Positions 38,790 to 52,003 of a stretch of DNA of 64,000 nucleotides are shown piece by piece. The stretch is from Mobula hypostoma (Eukaryota). The notes below the pieces were generated by a model. That model saw only the letters and a list, made by a program, of their open reading frames with translations, made no database searches and was not told where the DNA came from. The stretch spans positions 15,810,001 through 15,874,000 of the forward strand of contig NC_086108.1 of NCBI RefSeq assembly GCF_963921235.1, written 5' to 3'. A program made the position numbers and the translations under genes. Position 1 is the first letter of the stretch; each line of letters begins with the position of its first letter.

Positions 38790-41700
38790 GACCATAAGAC
38801 GTAGAAGCAGATTTAGACCATCTGGTCCAGAGTCTGTTTCGCCATTCAATCATGGCAGATCCTTTTTTTCTATCTCCTCCTCGACCCCAGTTCCTGGCCT
38901 TCTCCCTGTAACCTTTGATGCCATGTCCAATCAAGAACCTATCAATCTCTGCCTCAAATACGCCCAACGACCTGGCCTCCACAGCTGTATGTAGCAACAA
39001 ATTCCACAAATTCACCACTCTTTGGCTAAAGAAATTTCTCCGCATCTCTGTTTTGAAAGGGCACCCCTCAATCCAGAGGCTGTGCCCTCTTGTCCTAGAG
39101 TCTCCCACCAGAGAAACATCCTTTCCACATCTACTCTGTCTAGGCCTAACTTTCAACATTTGAAAGGTTTCAGATGAGATACCTCCTCCCCCCATCCTTC
39201 TGAATTCCAGTAAGTACAGACCCAGAGCCATCAAACATTCCTCATATGATAACCCTTTCATTCCTGGAATCATCCTTGCGAACCTCTTTTGGACCCTTTC
39301 CAATGCCAACACATCTTTTCTAAGATAAGGGGCCCCAAAACTGTTCACAATACTCATGTGAGGCCTCACCAGTGCCTTAAAGCCTTAGCATCACATCCTT
39401 GCTCTTGTAATCTAGACCTCTTGAAATGAATGCTAACGTGGCATTTGCCTTCCTCACCACCAACTCAACCTGCAAGTTAACCTGCAGGGTGTTCTGCACA
39501 AGGACTCCCAAGTCCCTCTGCATCTCAGGTTCCTGGATTTTCTCCCCATTTAGAAAATAGTCCGCACATTTATTTCTAATACCAAAGTGTATGACTATGC
39601 ATTTTCCAACATTGTATTTTGTTTGCCATTTTCTTGCCCATTCTCCAAATCTGTCTAAGTCCATCTGCATCCTGTTTCCTCAACACTACCTGCCTCTCCA
39701 CCAATCCTCATATCATCTGCAAACTTGGCAACAAAGCCATCTATTCCATTATTATCATCATCATCAGGTGTCGTGCCCAGTTTGAGCATTGACTGCCATG
39801 GCCCACACACTCCAGTTCTCTGGCTGCTGTCTTCATCATCATTTGTCTTTGTCTTCCTCTTGCTTTCTTCCCTTCAATCTTTCCCATAAATACCATGCAT
39901 TCTACCTCCTCTTTCCTAATCACATGTCCAATGAAGTCACATTGCCTTTTCATGATCTCATACATTATTCCTCTTTTTGTTTGCTCTGTTCATGACATCC
40001 TCGTTAGATATTAGTTTCATCCATGATATTCTTTGCATCCTCCTCAAAAACCACATCTCTGCTGCTTCAATTCGTTTCCTCATGTTACTAGATATTGTCC
40101 AACATTCTGAGCCATAACATAACTGGATAAACATAACATTTCAGTACTCTGAGGCAGGTTGTAATGCCTAGTTTAGTATTGGTCAGTATGCTCTTCATTC
40201 TCATAAAGGTGTCTTTTGCCATCCCTATTCTTCTTTCGATGCCCATGTCACACCTGCCATCTGATGTCACCCGGCTTCCTAAGTAGCAAACGTTCTGTAC
40301 TTGTTTCCCCGTTTATTCTCAGCCTGCAGATAGGACTCTCCTTCTTTTTGGATATCACCATACATTCTGTCTTTTTGCAATTGATAGACCCATTTTTGCA
40401 CTTTCTTCAACAATTATATCAATTAAGTTTTGTAGTTCTGGGTATAACTCTAAACTGCAACCAGTGATGAGGCTCTGATTGGGGACTTTCAGAGCTTTTG
40501 GGGAAAGCGGAGTTACCCCTTCGTTATTCATTGCTCCCAGGGCCGCTCTGACCCAGAACGGTAGCACCTGCAAGGGTTCCTGCTCAGGATATGAGCGAAG
40601 GCCAACGGCAGATCCAGCAGGTTCAGTAACTGAACTTATGATGGAGAAGGCGGATGAGCTAGGAGCTCAAATGTCAACGGCTATAGTACAGGTGGATGAA
40701 CATTTGGGAAGAGAAATGGCGATTTCTTTAGTTCGCCCAACAGTAGGCAATAGCAAACCACCATTGCTAGATACTAGGTTTCCTAGAATCTATTTGCTAA
40801 GAAAACCATGGTCAAACTCACAAAAAGGTATCACACAACAGCAGCATCAAGAGGATCTTCAAGACAATTCTGAAGATGCTTTGCTCGGTAGGGTTGATTC
40901 TGGTCAGCAGGGGATCCCCGACTGTCATCAAGCTACTGCTCATAAAATTCAAGTAACACAAAAGAAAATTATTGCCACTTGAAATGTAAGAACCCTATAT
41001 CAAGGAAAATTGGACAATGTGATACATGAAATGGAAAGACAAAAGATTATCATGGAAATTAGCGAAGTTCGTTGGATAGGTGCTGGAACATGTCAGAATA
41101 GAAATAAAACACTAATTTATTCTTGTGGAACATCCCATACTAATGGAGTAGGAATTTTTACAGATGAATTCATCTATTTACAGCATAAAAAGGAGTAGCC
41201 TCAACACCAACCCCTGCGGAACACCACTAGTCACTGGCAGCCAACCAGTAAAGTTGGGAACCAGTTATTCCCGCTGGCTGCTTCCTACCAATCAGCCAAT
41301 GCTCTAACCATGTTAGTAACTTTCCTGTAATACCATGGGCTCATAACTTGGTAAGCAGCCTTATGTGTGGCACCTTGTCAAAGGCCTTCTGAAAGTCCAA
41401 ATATACAACATCCACTGTATCCCTTTTTCTATCCCACTTGTAATCTCTTCAAAGAATCCCAACAGGTTCATCAGGCAGGATTTTCCCTGAAGGAAACCAT
41501 GCTGACTTAGTACTATCCTGTCCTGTGTCACCAAGTGCTCCATCACGTCATCTTAACAATTGACTCTTAACATCTTCCCAATCACTGAGGTCAGGCTAAC
41601 TGGTGTATAATTTCCGTTCTGCTGTCTTCCTCCTTTCTTAAAGAGTGGAGTGACATTTGCAATTTTCCAGTCGTCTGGCACCATGCCAGAGTCCAGTGAT

Positions 41701-42650
41701 TTTTGAAAGATCATTTCTAATGCCACCACAATCTCTACACCACCTCTTTCAGAACCCTAGGGTGCAGTTCCTCTGGTCCGGGTGGCTTATGTGCCTTTAG
41801 ATCTTTGAGCTTTTTGAGCATCTCTCTTGTAACAGTAGCTGTAGCCACTTCTCTTCTTTCACACACTACAACATCAGGCATACTGCTAGTGCCTTCCACA
41901 GTGAAGACTGACACAAAATACTCATTTACTTCATCAGTCATCTCCTTATCCCCCTTTGTTATTTCTCCTGCCTCATTTTCTAGCGGTCCTATATCCACTC
42001 TCATTTCTCTTTTATTTTTAAACATACTTGAAAAAACTTTTTCTATCCACTCCACTTTTGATATTATTTGCTAGCTTGCTTTCATATTTCATCTTTTCCC
42101 TTCTAATGATTTTTTTGTTGCTCTCTGTAGGTTTTTAAAAACTTCCCAATCCTCTATCTTCCCACTAATTTTTGCTTTGTTGTATGTCCTTTCTTTTGCT
42201 TTTACATTAGCTTTGACTTCCTCTGTCAGCCACAGTTGTACTATTTTACCATTTAAGTATTTCTTCATTTTTGGAATACACATGTCCTGCACCTTCCTCA
42301 TTTTTCCCAGAAAAGCACACCATTGCTGCTTTGCTGACAGCCCTGCCAGCAGCTCCTTCCAATTTACTTTGGCCACCTCCTCTCTCATATCACTATAATT
42401 TCCCTTACTCCACTGAAATACTGCTACATCAAATTTCACTTTCTCCCTATCAAATTTCAAGTTGAACACAATCATATTGTGATCACTGGTTCCTAAGGGT
42501 TCTCTTACCTTAAGCTCCCTCATCGCCTCAAGTTTATTATATAACACCCAATCCAGTATAGCCGATCCCCTAGTAGGCTCAACAACAAACTGCTCTAAAA
42601 AGTTAACTGTTAGGCATTCAACAAACTCACTCTCTTGGGATCCATTACCT
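38790..42650 (-). mobile_element. CR1 LINE (minus) split by an RTE insertion at ~39750-41170
   Basis: ORFs 42089-42547 (EPLGTSDHNMI), 41735-42055, 41361-41546 (QHGF), 39377-39670 and 38752-39369. Confidence 0.92.
39750..41170 (-). mobile_element. RTE-clade LINE with an inverted 5' segment
   Basis: Minus 39750-40445 encodes the RTE C-terminus (FIGHVIRKE...GKIEGKKARGRQR) with a (TGA)n tail. Plus 40460-41170 holds the 5' UTR and APE start (IAT*NVRTL, ISEVRW, NGVGI). Confidence 0.85.
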
Positions 42651-42724
42651 TATACTGAATATGTGCCTAAGACTTTTGCACAAGACACTGCCCAGAGTAA
42701 TTCTGCATCTTTGCAGTCCTCAGT

Positions 42725-43330
42725 GAACATAGAACAGTACAGCACAGGAACAGGCTCGTCGGCCAACAATGTTGCATCAAACCAAATAAATTATCAATCA
42801 AATGGCCAATGAAACTAATCCCTTCTGCCTACACAATGTTCATATCCCTCCATTTTCCTCACATCCATGTGTCTATATAAACATCTCTTAAAAAAAAAAG
42901 TCACTAATGTATCTGCCTCTACCACCGCCCCAGGTAGTGCATTCCAGGCACCCACCACTTTCTGTGTGAAAAAATTGCCTATCATATCTCCTTTGAAATT
43001 AGATATTTTAAACTCTGAGATACAGATACTGTCTTGTCTACTCTTATCTATGCCTCTGATATCTTATAAACTATCAGATCTCCCTTCAGCCTCTGCTGCT
43101 CCAGAGAAAACAAGCTAAGTTTGTTCAACCTCTCATTATAGCATATGCCCTCTAGTCCAGGAGGCATCCTAGTAAATCTCTTCTGCACCCTGTCCAAACT
43201 CTCTACTTCCTTACTATAATGAGGCAACTAGAACTGTATGCAATACTCCAGATGTGGCCTAACTAGATTTTCATAAAGCTGCACCATAACTTCCTGACTT
43301 TTAAACTGAATGTCTCAACCTATTCACCCT
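42725..43330 (-). mobile_element. CR1 3' fragment
   Basis: aacatagaacagtacagcacagg tail and antisense CR1 motifs; continues at ~44165-44305. Confidence 0.75.
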
Positions 43331-43339
43331 TTATAGCAA

Positions 43340-44160
43340 GGTGATTCCAAGAAAAATTAGCAGTATTCCAGACATGATAGTCAGTAGATACAGTTTGAAC
43401 AACCTACGATGTACAGATGACACAGTGCTGATAGCTACTTCCAAAGAAAAGTTCCAAAAGAAAAATATTAGATAAAGTTGTTCAATAAAGTGCAAAGAGA
43501 GGATTGACCATCAACTGCAAGGAGATTGAATGACTGGTTGTCACAAAGAAGAAAGACGGAAATGTGAACTGAAAGTTGGCAATGAAGCAATTAAATAAAC
43601 ATGGAATTTCAATTACTTGGGGAGAATTATAACATCTGACAGTAGGGCTGATGTTGAAATTAGGAGGAGGATTCGGATTGCTGAATGAACATTCGAGCAT
43701 TTGAGCAAAATACTAAATAACAAAATTTCAGTGGGTACGAAACTCAGTGTTGTGGAGCTACATTCCTTCCACACTAACATATGGAAGTGAATGTTGGACA
43801 AAGCAAAGTAAGGGAAGACTTGAAGCTACAGAAATGTGGTTTTTGAGAATGATGAAAATATCGTGGAAGGACAGAGTAACAAATGAGGTAGTATTGCAAA
43901 AAGCCAGAATAAGATGAGTGCTGATATCATCAATCAGGAAATGGCAGTTGGAATTTCTGGGTCATGTACTGAGGAAAGAGAAACTCGAACATCTTTCAGT
44001 GATAGGAAAAGTCATAGTCAACAGCGCATGACATTAATGAGTTACATCAAGGGATGGACAGGCAAAAGTTTTAAAGAGCTTATTAGAACTACTCAGATTA
44101 AGGACAGATGAAGAATATGATCACCCACATCATACGAAATGCCACATAATGATAATGATG
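43340..44160 (+). mobile_element. RTE-clade LINE 3' fragment, degraded
   Basis: aacaacctacgatgtacagatgacacagtgctgata = NNLRCTDDTVLI (cf. NNLRYADD); EATEMWFLR motif; tail ataatgataatgatg. Confidence 0.8.
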
Positions 44161-44309
44161 AATAAAGGCAAGTATGCTAAATGCCTTCTTAATCACCCTA
44201 TCAACCTGCATAGCACTTTCAGGGAGATATGAACTTGGGCCTCAAGATCACCAAGACAGTACACTGTTAAAAATTTTGCCTTTAACTTTGTACTGTCACT
44301 TTACACCTA

Positions 44310-45262
44310 CCAAAGTGCAATACCTCCAAGTTTGCGGATGACACAAAGCTGGGCGGCGGTGTTAACTGTGAGGAGGATGCTAAGAGGATGCAGGGTGACT
44401 TGGATAGGTTCTGTGAGTGGGCAAATTCATGGCAGATGCAATTTAATGTGGATAAATGTGAGGTTATCCACTTTGGTGGCAAGAACAGGAAAACAGATTA
44501 TTATCTGAATGGTAGCCGATTAGGAAAAGGGGAGGTGCAACGAGACCTGGGTGTCATTGTACACCAGTCATTGAAAGTGGGCATGCAGGTACAGCAGGCG
44601 GTGAAAAAGGCGAATGGTATGCTGGCATTCATAGCAAGAGGATTCGAGTACAGGAGCAGGGAGGTACTACTGCAGATGTACAAGGCCTTGGTGAGACCAC
44701 ACCTGGAGTATTGTGTGCAGTTTTGGTCCCCTAATCTGAGGAAAGACGTTCTTGCCATAGAGGGGGTACAAAGAAGGTTCACCAGATTGATTCCTGGGAT
44801 GGCAGGACTTTCATATGATGAAAGACTGGATCAACTAGGCTTATACTCTCTGGAATTTAGAAGACTGAGGGGGGAATCTTATTGAAACGTATAAAATCCT
44901 AAAGGGATTGGACAGGCTAGATGCAGGAAGATTGTTCCCAATGTTGGGGAAGTCCAGAACGAGGGGTCACAGTTTGAGGATAAAGGGGAAGCCTTTTAGG
45001 ACTGAGATGAGGAAAAACTTCTTCACACAGAGAGTGGTGAATCTGTGGAATTCTCTGCCACAGGAAACAGTTGAGGCCAGTTCATTGGCTATATTTAAGA
45101 GGGAGTTAGATACGGCCCTTGTGGCTAAAGGGATCGGGGGTATGGAGAGAAGGCAGGTACAGGGTTCTGAGTTGGATGATCAGCCATGATCATACTGAAT
45201 GGCGGTGCAGGCTCGAAGGGCCGAATGGCCTACTCCTGCACCTATTTTCTATGTTTCCATGT
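44310..45262 (+). mobile_element. Young 5'-truncated CR1
   Basis: [11 protein letters not shown], ORFs 44388-44885 and 44908-45189; nearly identical to 61878-62815. Confidence 0.95.
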
Positions 45263-47065
45263 TACCTAACATTTGGCTGAGCTAAACTCCATATGTCACT
45301 TCTTCACTCATACCCCCAAATGATAGATAGATACATATATATTTGTCTAAATTAATCACCACCCTCAACATCCAAGCTTCTCTTACCTTGCATCCTTATC
45401 CTTCCTTCTGACTGGAACGTAGAGTAGAGTACCTACCCTGTACTTTGTGCAATTGGTCTTTAAGTACACTCCACATGCTGGATGTGGACTTGCAGCTGTT
45501 CCTAATTAACTTTCCCTATTTCTTGCCTAATGTTCTCATAATTTACCCTGCTCCAGTTTAATACTCTTTTGCAAGGCCAATGCTTACCCTGATCTATGGC
45601 TATCTTAAAACTTAAGGACTTGTGGTCACTTAACTACTGAAAGGTCAGTCACCTGGCCAGCTGTCTACCCAACATCAGTTCCAGTAAAGTCCCTTCTCTT
45701 GTTGGACTATCTAACATTGATTTAAGAAAGCCTCCTACATGCACCTAACAAATTTTGCCCTATCTAAACCACTTTTCCTCAGAAGCTCCCAGTTTATATT
45801 GGGGAAGTTGATTCCCCCATGATAACAGCCCTATTGTTTCTACACCTTTCCTTAATCAGCCTGCATACCTGTTTTTCAATGTCCCAGTGGCTGTAGTGCA
45901 ATCCCACCAGAGTGATTGCACCCTATTTTTGAGTTCTACCCATCAGTGTACGAGCCCTCCATTATGTCTCCTCTGAGTGTGTCTGTGATATTGTCCCTGA
46001 TTAGTAGTGTAACTCCCCTCCCCCCTTCTCTAATACCTCCCTCTCTATCTTTTCTACAAGATTGAATCCCTGGCACATTAAGCATCCTTTCCAGTCCCCC
46101 TCTCAACTAAGTCTCTGTAATGGTCACAATATCATAGTTCCATGTACCAATCTATGCTCCAAGTTTATCACCTTTACCCACAATATTCATAGCATTAAAA
46201 TATGCACATTTCAAATTAAACGTTCCATCATATCTATTAATTTACTTCTGCCTGTTTTTACTGGCCCTTTTTCTCCATCCCGCCATTTTCTGACCTGGTT
46301 CTCTGGTTCTTATCTCCCTTCCAAACTAGTTTAAACACTCCTGAGTACTACTAGTGAACCTCCAACGTTGTAAAAATTTTCAATACATTTCATTAGCTTG
46401 GTTGACTTGATATCATTGCATCAGGAGGATGTGGAGGACCTCAAAAGACTGTACTCTACTACACTACCTCTTCTGGTGAAACAGAATGTATTCAAGGCTG
46501 TGGATGGAGCTCTCAGAGTGGAAGGAGTCATTTGAAATGATGTATCCATGGGACTGCTCTTCCATTTTCGGCACCAGTCCCCTGATAGTAGCAAACTGCA
46601 CTTTGCAGATCCAGCTGGTGTGGCCATACATACGTCACCTTAAATCTACACGTGATGGTCTTTTAGTTTTTGTGTCCTGTTCTTGTCTTTTTACAGCAGT
46701 GTGGTACAAAAGAATATTTGCTAGTCCACTTTAGATGGCAGTTAAAAGTCCCCCCGCCCATCCCATTGAGAGTCTGGAGTCACACATAACCAGGATTGGT
46801 AAGTATGGTAGGTCTCCTTCCATTGAATTTTTGCAGTCCTTTGGTCATCATCACAAATAATACCTTTTTTGTTAAATCGTAGACTATTTAATTATAAGTA
46901 GGTTTTCCCTACTTTTAATTTTTGAGCTCGTCTGTCAGACTATTAGTCCAAGGTTCTGGTTTACAAGTCTGGTAATATAACTACACTGCTACCCTTTCAG
47001 GAGCTGGAAGAACTGAACAAGTCTTTGGCATCTATGGAGAGAAATGGACAGTCAACATTTCAGCT

Positions 47066-47372
47066 TGGGCCGGCTGGTGGCGCAACGACATCGGTGCCGG
47101 ACCCAGGAGTGGAGGTTCCCAAGTTCGAAACTTGGGTCCGCCCCCGAGTACGCTTCCCATCCATGCCGGGTTGAGTGTCGAGATCGCAACTCGACCTCGT
47201 AAAACAAAGGGAAAATACTGCAAAAAATGTCTGAGTGAGGAGTGGCGCGCCACACAGTTTCTCTCTCTCTTGCCATGAAAAAGACATCATCATGGACGCA
47301 TGCACAGACACGCAGACGCACATGCACAGACTCGCATGCACGCAGGTACACGCCAAAAAAAACCAAAACAAG
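47066..47372 (+). mobile_element. tRNA-derived SINE with 11-bp TSD
   Basis: TSD acatttcagct at 47055-47065 and 47373-47383; A box tggcgcaacga (~47078); T-arm cccaag-TTCGAAA-cttggg (47118-47136); A-rich tail. Confidence 0.9.
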
Positions 47373-48075
47373 ACATTTCAGCTCAAGGCTCTTCAGCTGG
47401 ATCCATTTCCCTCCATAGATGCTGCCTGACCTGCTGAGTTCCTCTTGCTCATTTTTGTGTTGCTCCAGATTCCAGAATCTACAGTCTCTCACGTCTACAC
47501 TTCAGAATTACTTCATTTGCTGTCAAGTGCTTTAGGATCTCCAGAGTCACAAAGATCTGTCTGCATTTGTCTGTCACAATTTCTGTCAAACTTACACCAA
47601 CTGCAGAGAACAGAGCAGTACAGCACTGGAGGCGGCCCTTCAGCCCACAATGTCTGTGCTGATCCTGATGCCACTATAATCTGCATGTAGTCTATATCCC
47701 TTAATTCTCTGCCTGTTCATATGCCTATCTAAATGCCTCTTGAACACTGCTACTATATCTGCTTCTACCACCTTTCCTGTCAGTGTGTTCCAGGCACATG
47801 TCACTTTATAAGACAGACTTTATAAATCTTCTTTGCGGGATATATGAAGGGAAGTTCCAGAAATAGCATAGGAAGTATTTGGCAAGATAGTCCGTCTTTG
47901 GAAGGGATGAGTCACTGAACTGATCAAAACGTAGGGCTAAATGTAACCGTTTTCTTTTTCATTTTTTAATCTAGTCTGCAGCATTCAGATCACTTGCCTC
48001 CACCTCTTTTTACCAGTTTTTTGAATATTTCTAACAGTTTATCTCAAATCTTCACTTAGCCAAATAACACGATCT

Positions 48076-49440
48076 TTATTACTTTATTGTCGCCAAACAA
48101 TTGACACTAGAACGTACAATCATCACAGTGATATTTGATTCTGCGCTTCCCTCTCCCTGAATTACAAATATTAAATATTAAAAATATTTAAAATAGTGCA
48201 AATTAGTAAATATTAACAATTTAAATTATAAATCATAAATAGAAAATAGAAAAATGGAAAGTACGGTAGTGCAAAAAAACCGAGAGGCAGGTCCGGATAT
48301 TTGGAGGGTATGGCCCAGATCCGCGTCAGGATCAGTTCAGCAGTCTTATCACAGTTGGAAAGAAGCTGTTCCCAAATCTGGCCGTACAAGTCTTCAAGCT
48401 CCTGAGCCTTCTCCTGAAGGGAAGAGGGACGAAAAGTGTGTTGGCTCGGTGGTTCGTGACCTTGATTATACTGGCAGCACTGCTCTGACAGTGTGTGGTG
48501 TAAAGTGAGTCCGAGGATGGAAGATTGGTTTGTGTGATGTGCTGCGCCGTGTTCACAATCTTCTGCAGCTTCTTTCGGTCTTGGACAGGACAACTTCCAT
48601 AACAGGTTGTGATGTACCCTAGAAGAATGCTTTCTACAGTGCATCTATAAAAAATTAGTGAGGGTTTTAGGGGACAAGCCAAATTTCTTCAGTTTTCTCA
48701 GGAAGTAAAGGCGCTGGTGGGCCTTCTTGGCAGTGGACTCTGCTTGGTTGGACCAAGTCAGGTCATTTGTGATATTGACCCCGAGGAACTTAAAGCTTTT
48801 GACCTGTTCCACTTGCGCACCACCGATATAAATTGGGTCGTGCGGTCCATCACTCCTTCTGAAGTCAACAACTAATTCCTTCGTCTTGCTGACGTTGAGG
48901 GATAGGTTATTGTCTTCGCACCATGCCACCATGTTCTTAATTTCCTCTCTGTACTCAAACTCATCATTACCCGAGATATGGCCTACAATTGTTGTGTCAT
49001 CAGCAAACTTATATATTGAGTTTGATGGAAACTTGGCTACACAATCATGGGTGTACAGTGAGTACAGCAGGGGGCTGAGTACACTGCCTAGTGGGGCACC
49101 GGTGCTCAGAGTGATTGTACAGGAGAGCTTGTCCCCTGTTTGTACAGCCTGGGCCTGTCTGTGAGGAAGTTGAAGATCCAGCTGCAGATCTGAGTGCAAA
49201 GGCCCAGGTTCCAGAGCTTAGGAATCAGTTTATTTGGAATGATGGTATTAAAGGCAGAGCTGTAGTCAATGAAAAGGAGCCTTACATACGCGTCTTTATT
49301 CTCCAGGTGTTGTAAGGAGGAATGTAGGGCCAGAGAGATGGCATCTGCCATTGACCTGTTGCTCCGGTAGGTGAATTGCAAAGCGTCGAGGTTGACCGGT
49401 AGGCTGTGGTTGATGTGTGCCATAACCAATCTCTCGAAGT
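48076..49440 (-). mobile_element. Rex1/Babar LINE, 5'-truncated, 7-bp TSD
   Basis: ORFs 49106-49471 ([23 protein letters not shown]), 48645-49199 (STGAP.GSVLSPLLYSLYT, KFADD) and 48332-48682. TSD acgatct at 48069-48075 and 49441-49447. Confidence 0.93.
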
Positions 49441-51001
49441 ACGATCTCCAAATTCCTAAACCATACCTCAAAATCTAAACCTCAAAAACAATCTTCACGG
49501 GAGTGATGTTTTTCCATTGGCACAGCTGCACACAGTGTCCCAGACAGAGCCTTATTCAAGTACAAGCGTATAAAATAACCCAATTCCTTACAGCATCGGG
49601 GTCAAATGTGTTGCGGTATGAGGAAAGGTTGCGTACCCTGGATTGATTTCCCTAAAATGGAACATTAAGAGGCAATCTAATTACCATCTTGGACTGCTTC
49701 ATTGACTGTGGAGGTACTCAGAACAAAGGGATTTTTCTATTCACAACTCCTTAGCAAATAAAGCAGTCCATACTCACATGTAGCAAAAGCGTTCAGGTAT
49801 AGGCTGATAAGTAGATGTCCCAAGTAATAACCATCTGCATGAAAAGAAAGTCCAACCACCCTGAAGTTCAATGGCATTATCATTGCTGAGACCTTCTCTA
49901 TTAATATCCTGGAAACCGCCATTGACCAGAAATTCAACTGGACCAGCCATGTACAGTGCCTATAAAAAGTATTCACTCCCCGCCCCCCCAGAAGTTTTCA
50001 TGTTTTATTGTTTTACAACATTGAATCACAGTGGACTTAATTTGACTTTTTTGACACAGATCAACAAACAGAAAAGATTCTTCAGTGTCAAAGTGAAAAC
50101 AAATTTCTACAAATTGGTCTAAATTTATTTCAATTATGAAACACAAAATAATTGATGCATAATTACTCACCCCCTTCAAGTCAGTATTTAGTAGATGCAC
50201 TTTTGGTAGCAAATGCAGCCTTGAATCTATGTGGATAGGTCTCTATCAGCTTTGCACATTTGGACACTGCAATTTTTCACCATTCTTCTTTACAAAACTG
50301 CTCAAGCTCTATCAGATTGCATGGGGATCATGAGTGATGAGCCCTTTTTAAGTCCAGCCACAAATTCTCAATAGGATTGAGGTCTGGACTGCGACTTGGC
50401 CACTCCAGCACATTAACTTTGTTGTTTTTAAGTCATTTCTGTGTAGCTCTGGCTTTATGCTTGGGGCCATCGTCTTGCTGAAAAACAAATCTTCCCCCAT
50501 GCCACAATTCTGTTGCAGACTGCATCAGGTTTTCCTTCAGGATTTCCCTATATTTTGCTGCATTCATGTTACCCTCTTCTTTCACAAGTCTTCCAGGGCC
50601 TGCTGCAGTGAAGCATCCCCACAGTATGATGCAGCTACCACCATGCTTCACGGTAGGGATGATGTGTTTTTGATGACATGCAGTGTTTGGTTTATGCCAA
50701 ACATTGCATTTAGTCTAATGGCCAAAAAGCTCATCAGACCATAAAACAGTCTTCCAGATGACTTCAGAGTCTCCCATATGCCTTTTGGTAAACTCTAGCC
50801 GAGATTGCATGTGAGATTTTTTCAACAGTGGCTATTTCTTTGCCACTCTCCCATAAAGCTGTGAGAGATAAAGCACTCAGGCAACAGTTGTTTAAATGTA
50901 TAGTCTCTCCCATCTCAGACACTGAAACTTGCAACTCCTTTGGAGTTGTCATAGATCCCTTGGTGGCTCCATCGCTAGTCCCCTTCTTGCATGGTCACTC
51001 A

Positions 51002-52003
51002 GGCTACGTCCGCATTAGACAAGGTAATTTTGAAAATGCCGGTTTCGCATAAACATGACAGGCATCCACGCTAGGTGTTTTTAAAAATACCTCTGTCCAC
51101 ATTAAAACGGATATTTGGGCGAATCTCCTCCTATTGGGCATGCACAGGACATACAGAAAACAAGCGAAGAGGAAACAGTATACTTGGTGCGCGTTTGTCC
51201 AGTTACAGACTTGAAAAACTTAAAAGGAAATTGCCAAACAAAAGACTTGGTGCGCGTTTGTTCAGTTACAGACTAGAAAAACTTAAAAGGAAATTGCCAA
51301 ACAAAAGACTTGGTGTGCGTTTGTTCAGTTACGGACTGGAAAAGCTTAAAAGGAAATTGCCAAACGAAAGACTTGGTGCGCGTTTGTCCAGAAACATTTC
51401 CTACAGCCATAGTCTCTTCACCGATGAAAGGGACGACAGCTACAACTAAATGCAATAAGGCTTGTTACTGGGCAAAAGTGAAATTTGCTGTTGCCTCATT
51501 TGTTTGCCTTTACTTTTGCCATGTCTTTGTGTATTATTTTGCTGTATTTAACATGTGCAATAAAATTAGTTACTGAGCAAAAGTGACAATTGCACCTATT
51601 GAATGTTTGCACAAGCAATACATTAATAAAGCACCTTGTTAAATGTATAAAACGTGTCTGCATCAGTGTTATCTTGTATTTCCATACAATGTTACATTAG
51701 GCTGTTACACATCTATTGTCGGATATTGTTGTGGTGTTGGAGGTTGCGTTGCAGAAAACAATGAAATGCCGTGCTGCCGCCACCATTTGTTCCAGCACGT
51801 CATGACAGCGGTTTAAAGATAGCTGGTTACCCCGCACACACTATGCCAGATGTTAGACGTTTTCAGATTTATTCACTCTGGGGAGCGTTTCTGAAAATCT
51901 CCATTTTCGGGGGAGGAAAACACTGTTTCAGTGTGGACGGAGGACCAAAACGAAGAGAAAAAGATTCAGTTATGGATTTATCCGGTCTAGTGTGGACATA
52001 GCT
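51002..52003. mobile_element. Non-autonomous PIF/Harbinger-like DNA transposon inserted in Tc1
   Basis: Imperfect 19-bp TIR ggctacgtccgcattagac / gtctagtgtggacatagct; 3-bp TSD tca (50999-51001 and 52004-52006); no transposase. Confidence 0.8.
51182..51391. repeat. 63-bp minisatellite, 3.3 copies
   Basis: Unit acttggtgcgcgtttg...ttgccaaacaaaag starts at 51182, 51245, 51308 and 51371. Confidence 0.95.

Noticed and set aside
40460..40700. HDV-like ribozyme in the RTE 5' UTR
   Set aside because: I could not assemble P1/P2/P3 pairings by eye.
47066..47140. tRNA gene
   Set aside because: Only the A/B boxes and T-arm are present. It continues into a SINE body with a tail and TSD.
51075..51449. 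ORF with a repeated 21-aa unit / CRISPR-like periodicity
   Set aside because: It is a 63-bp head-to-tail minisatellite without unique spacers inside a DNA transposon. The ORF is a by-product of a unit length divisible by 3, and there are no cas genes.
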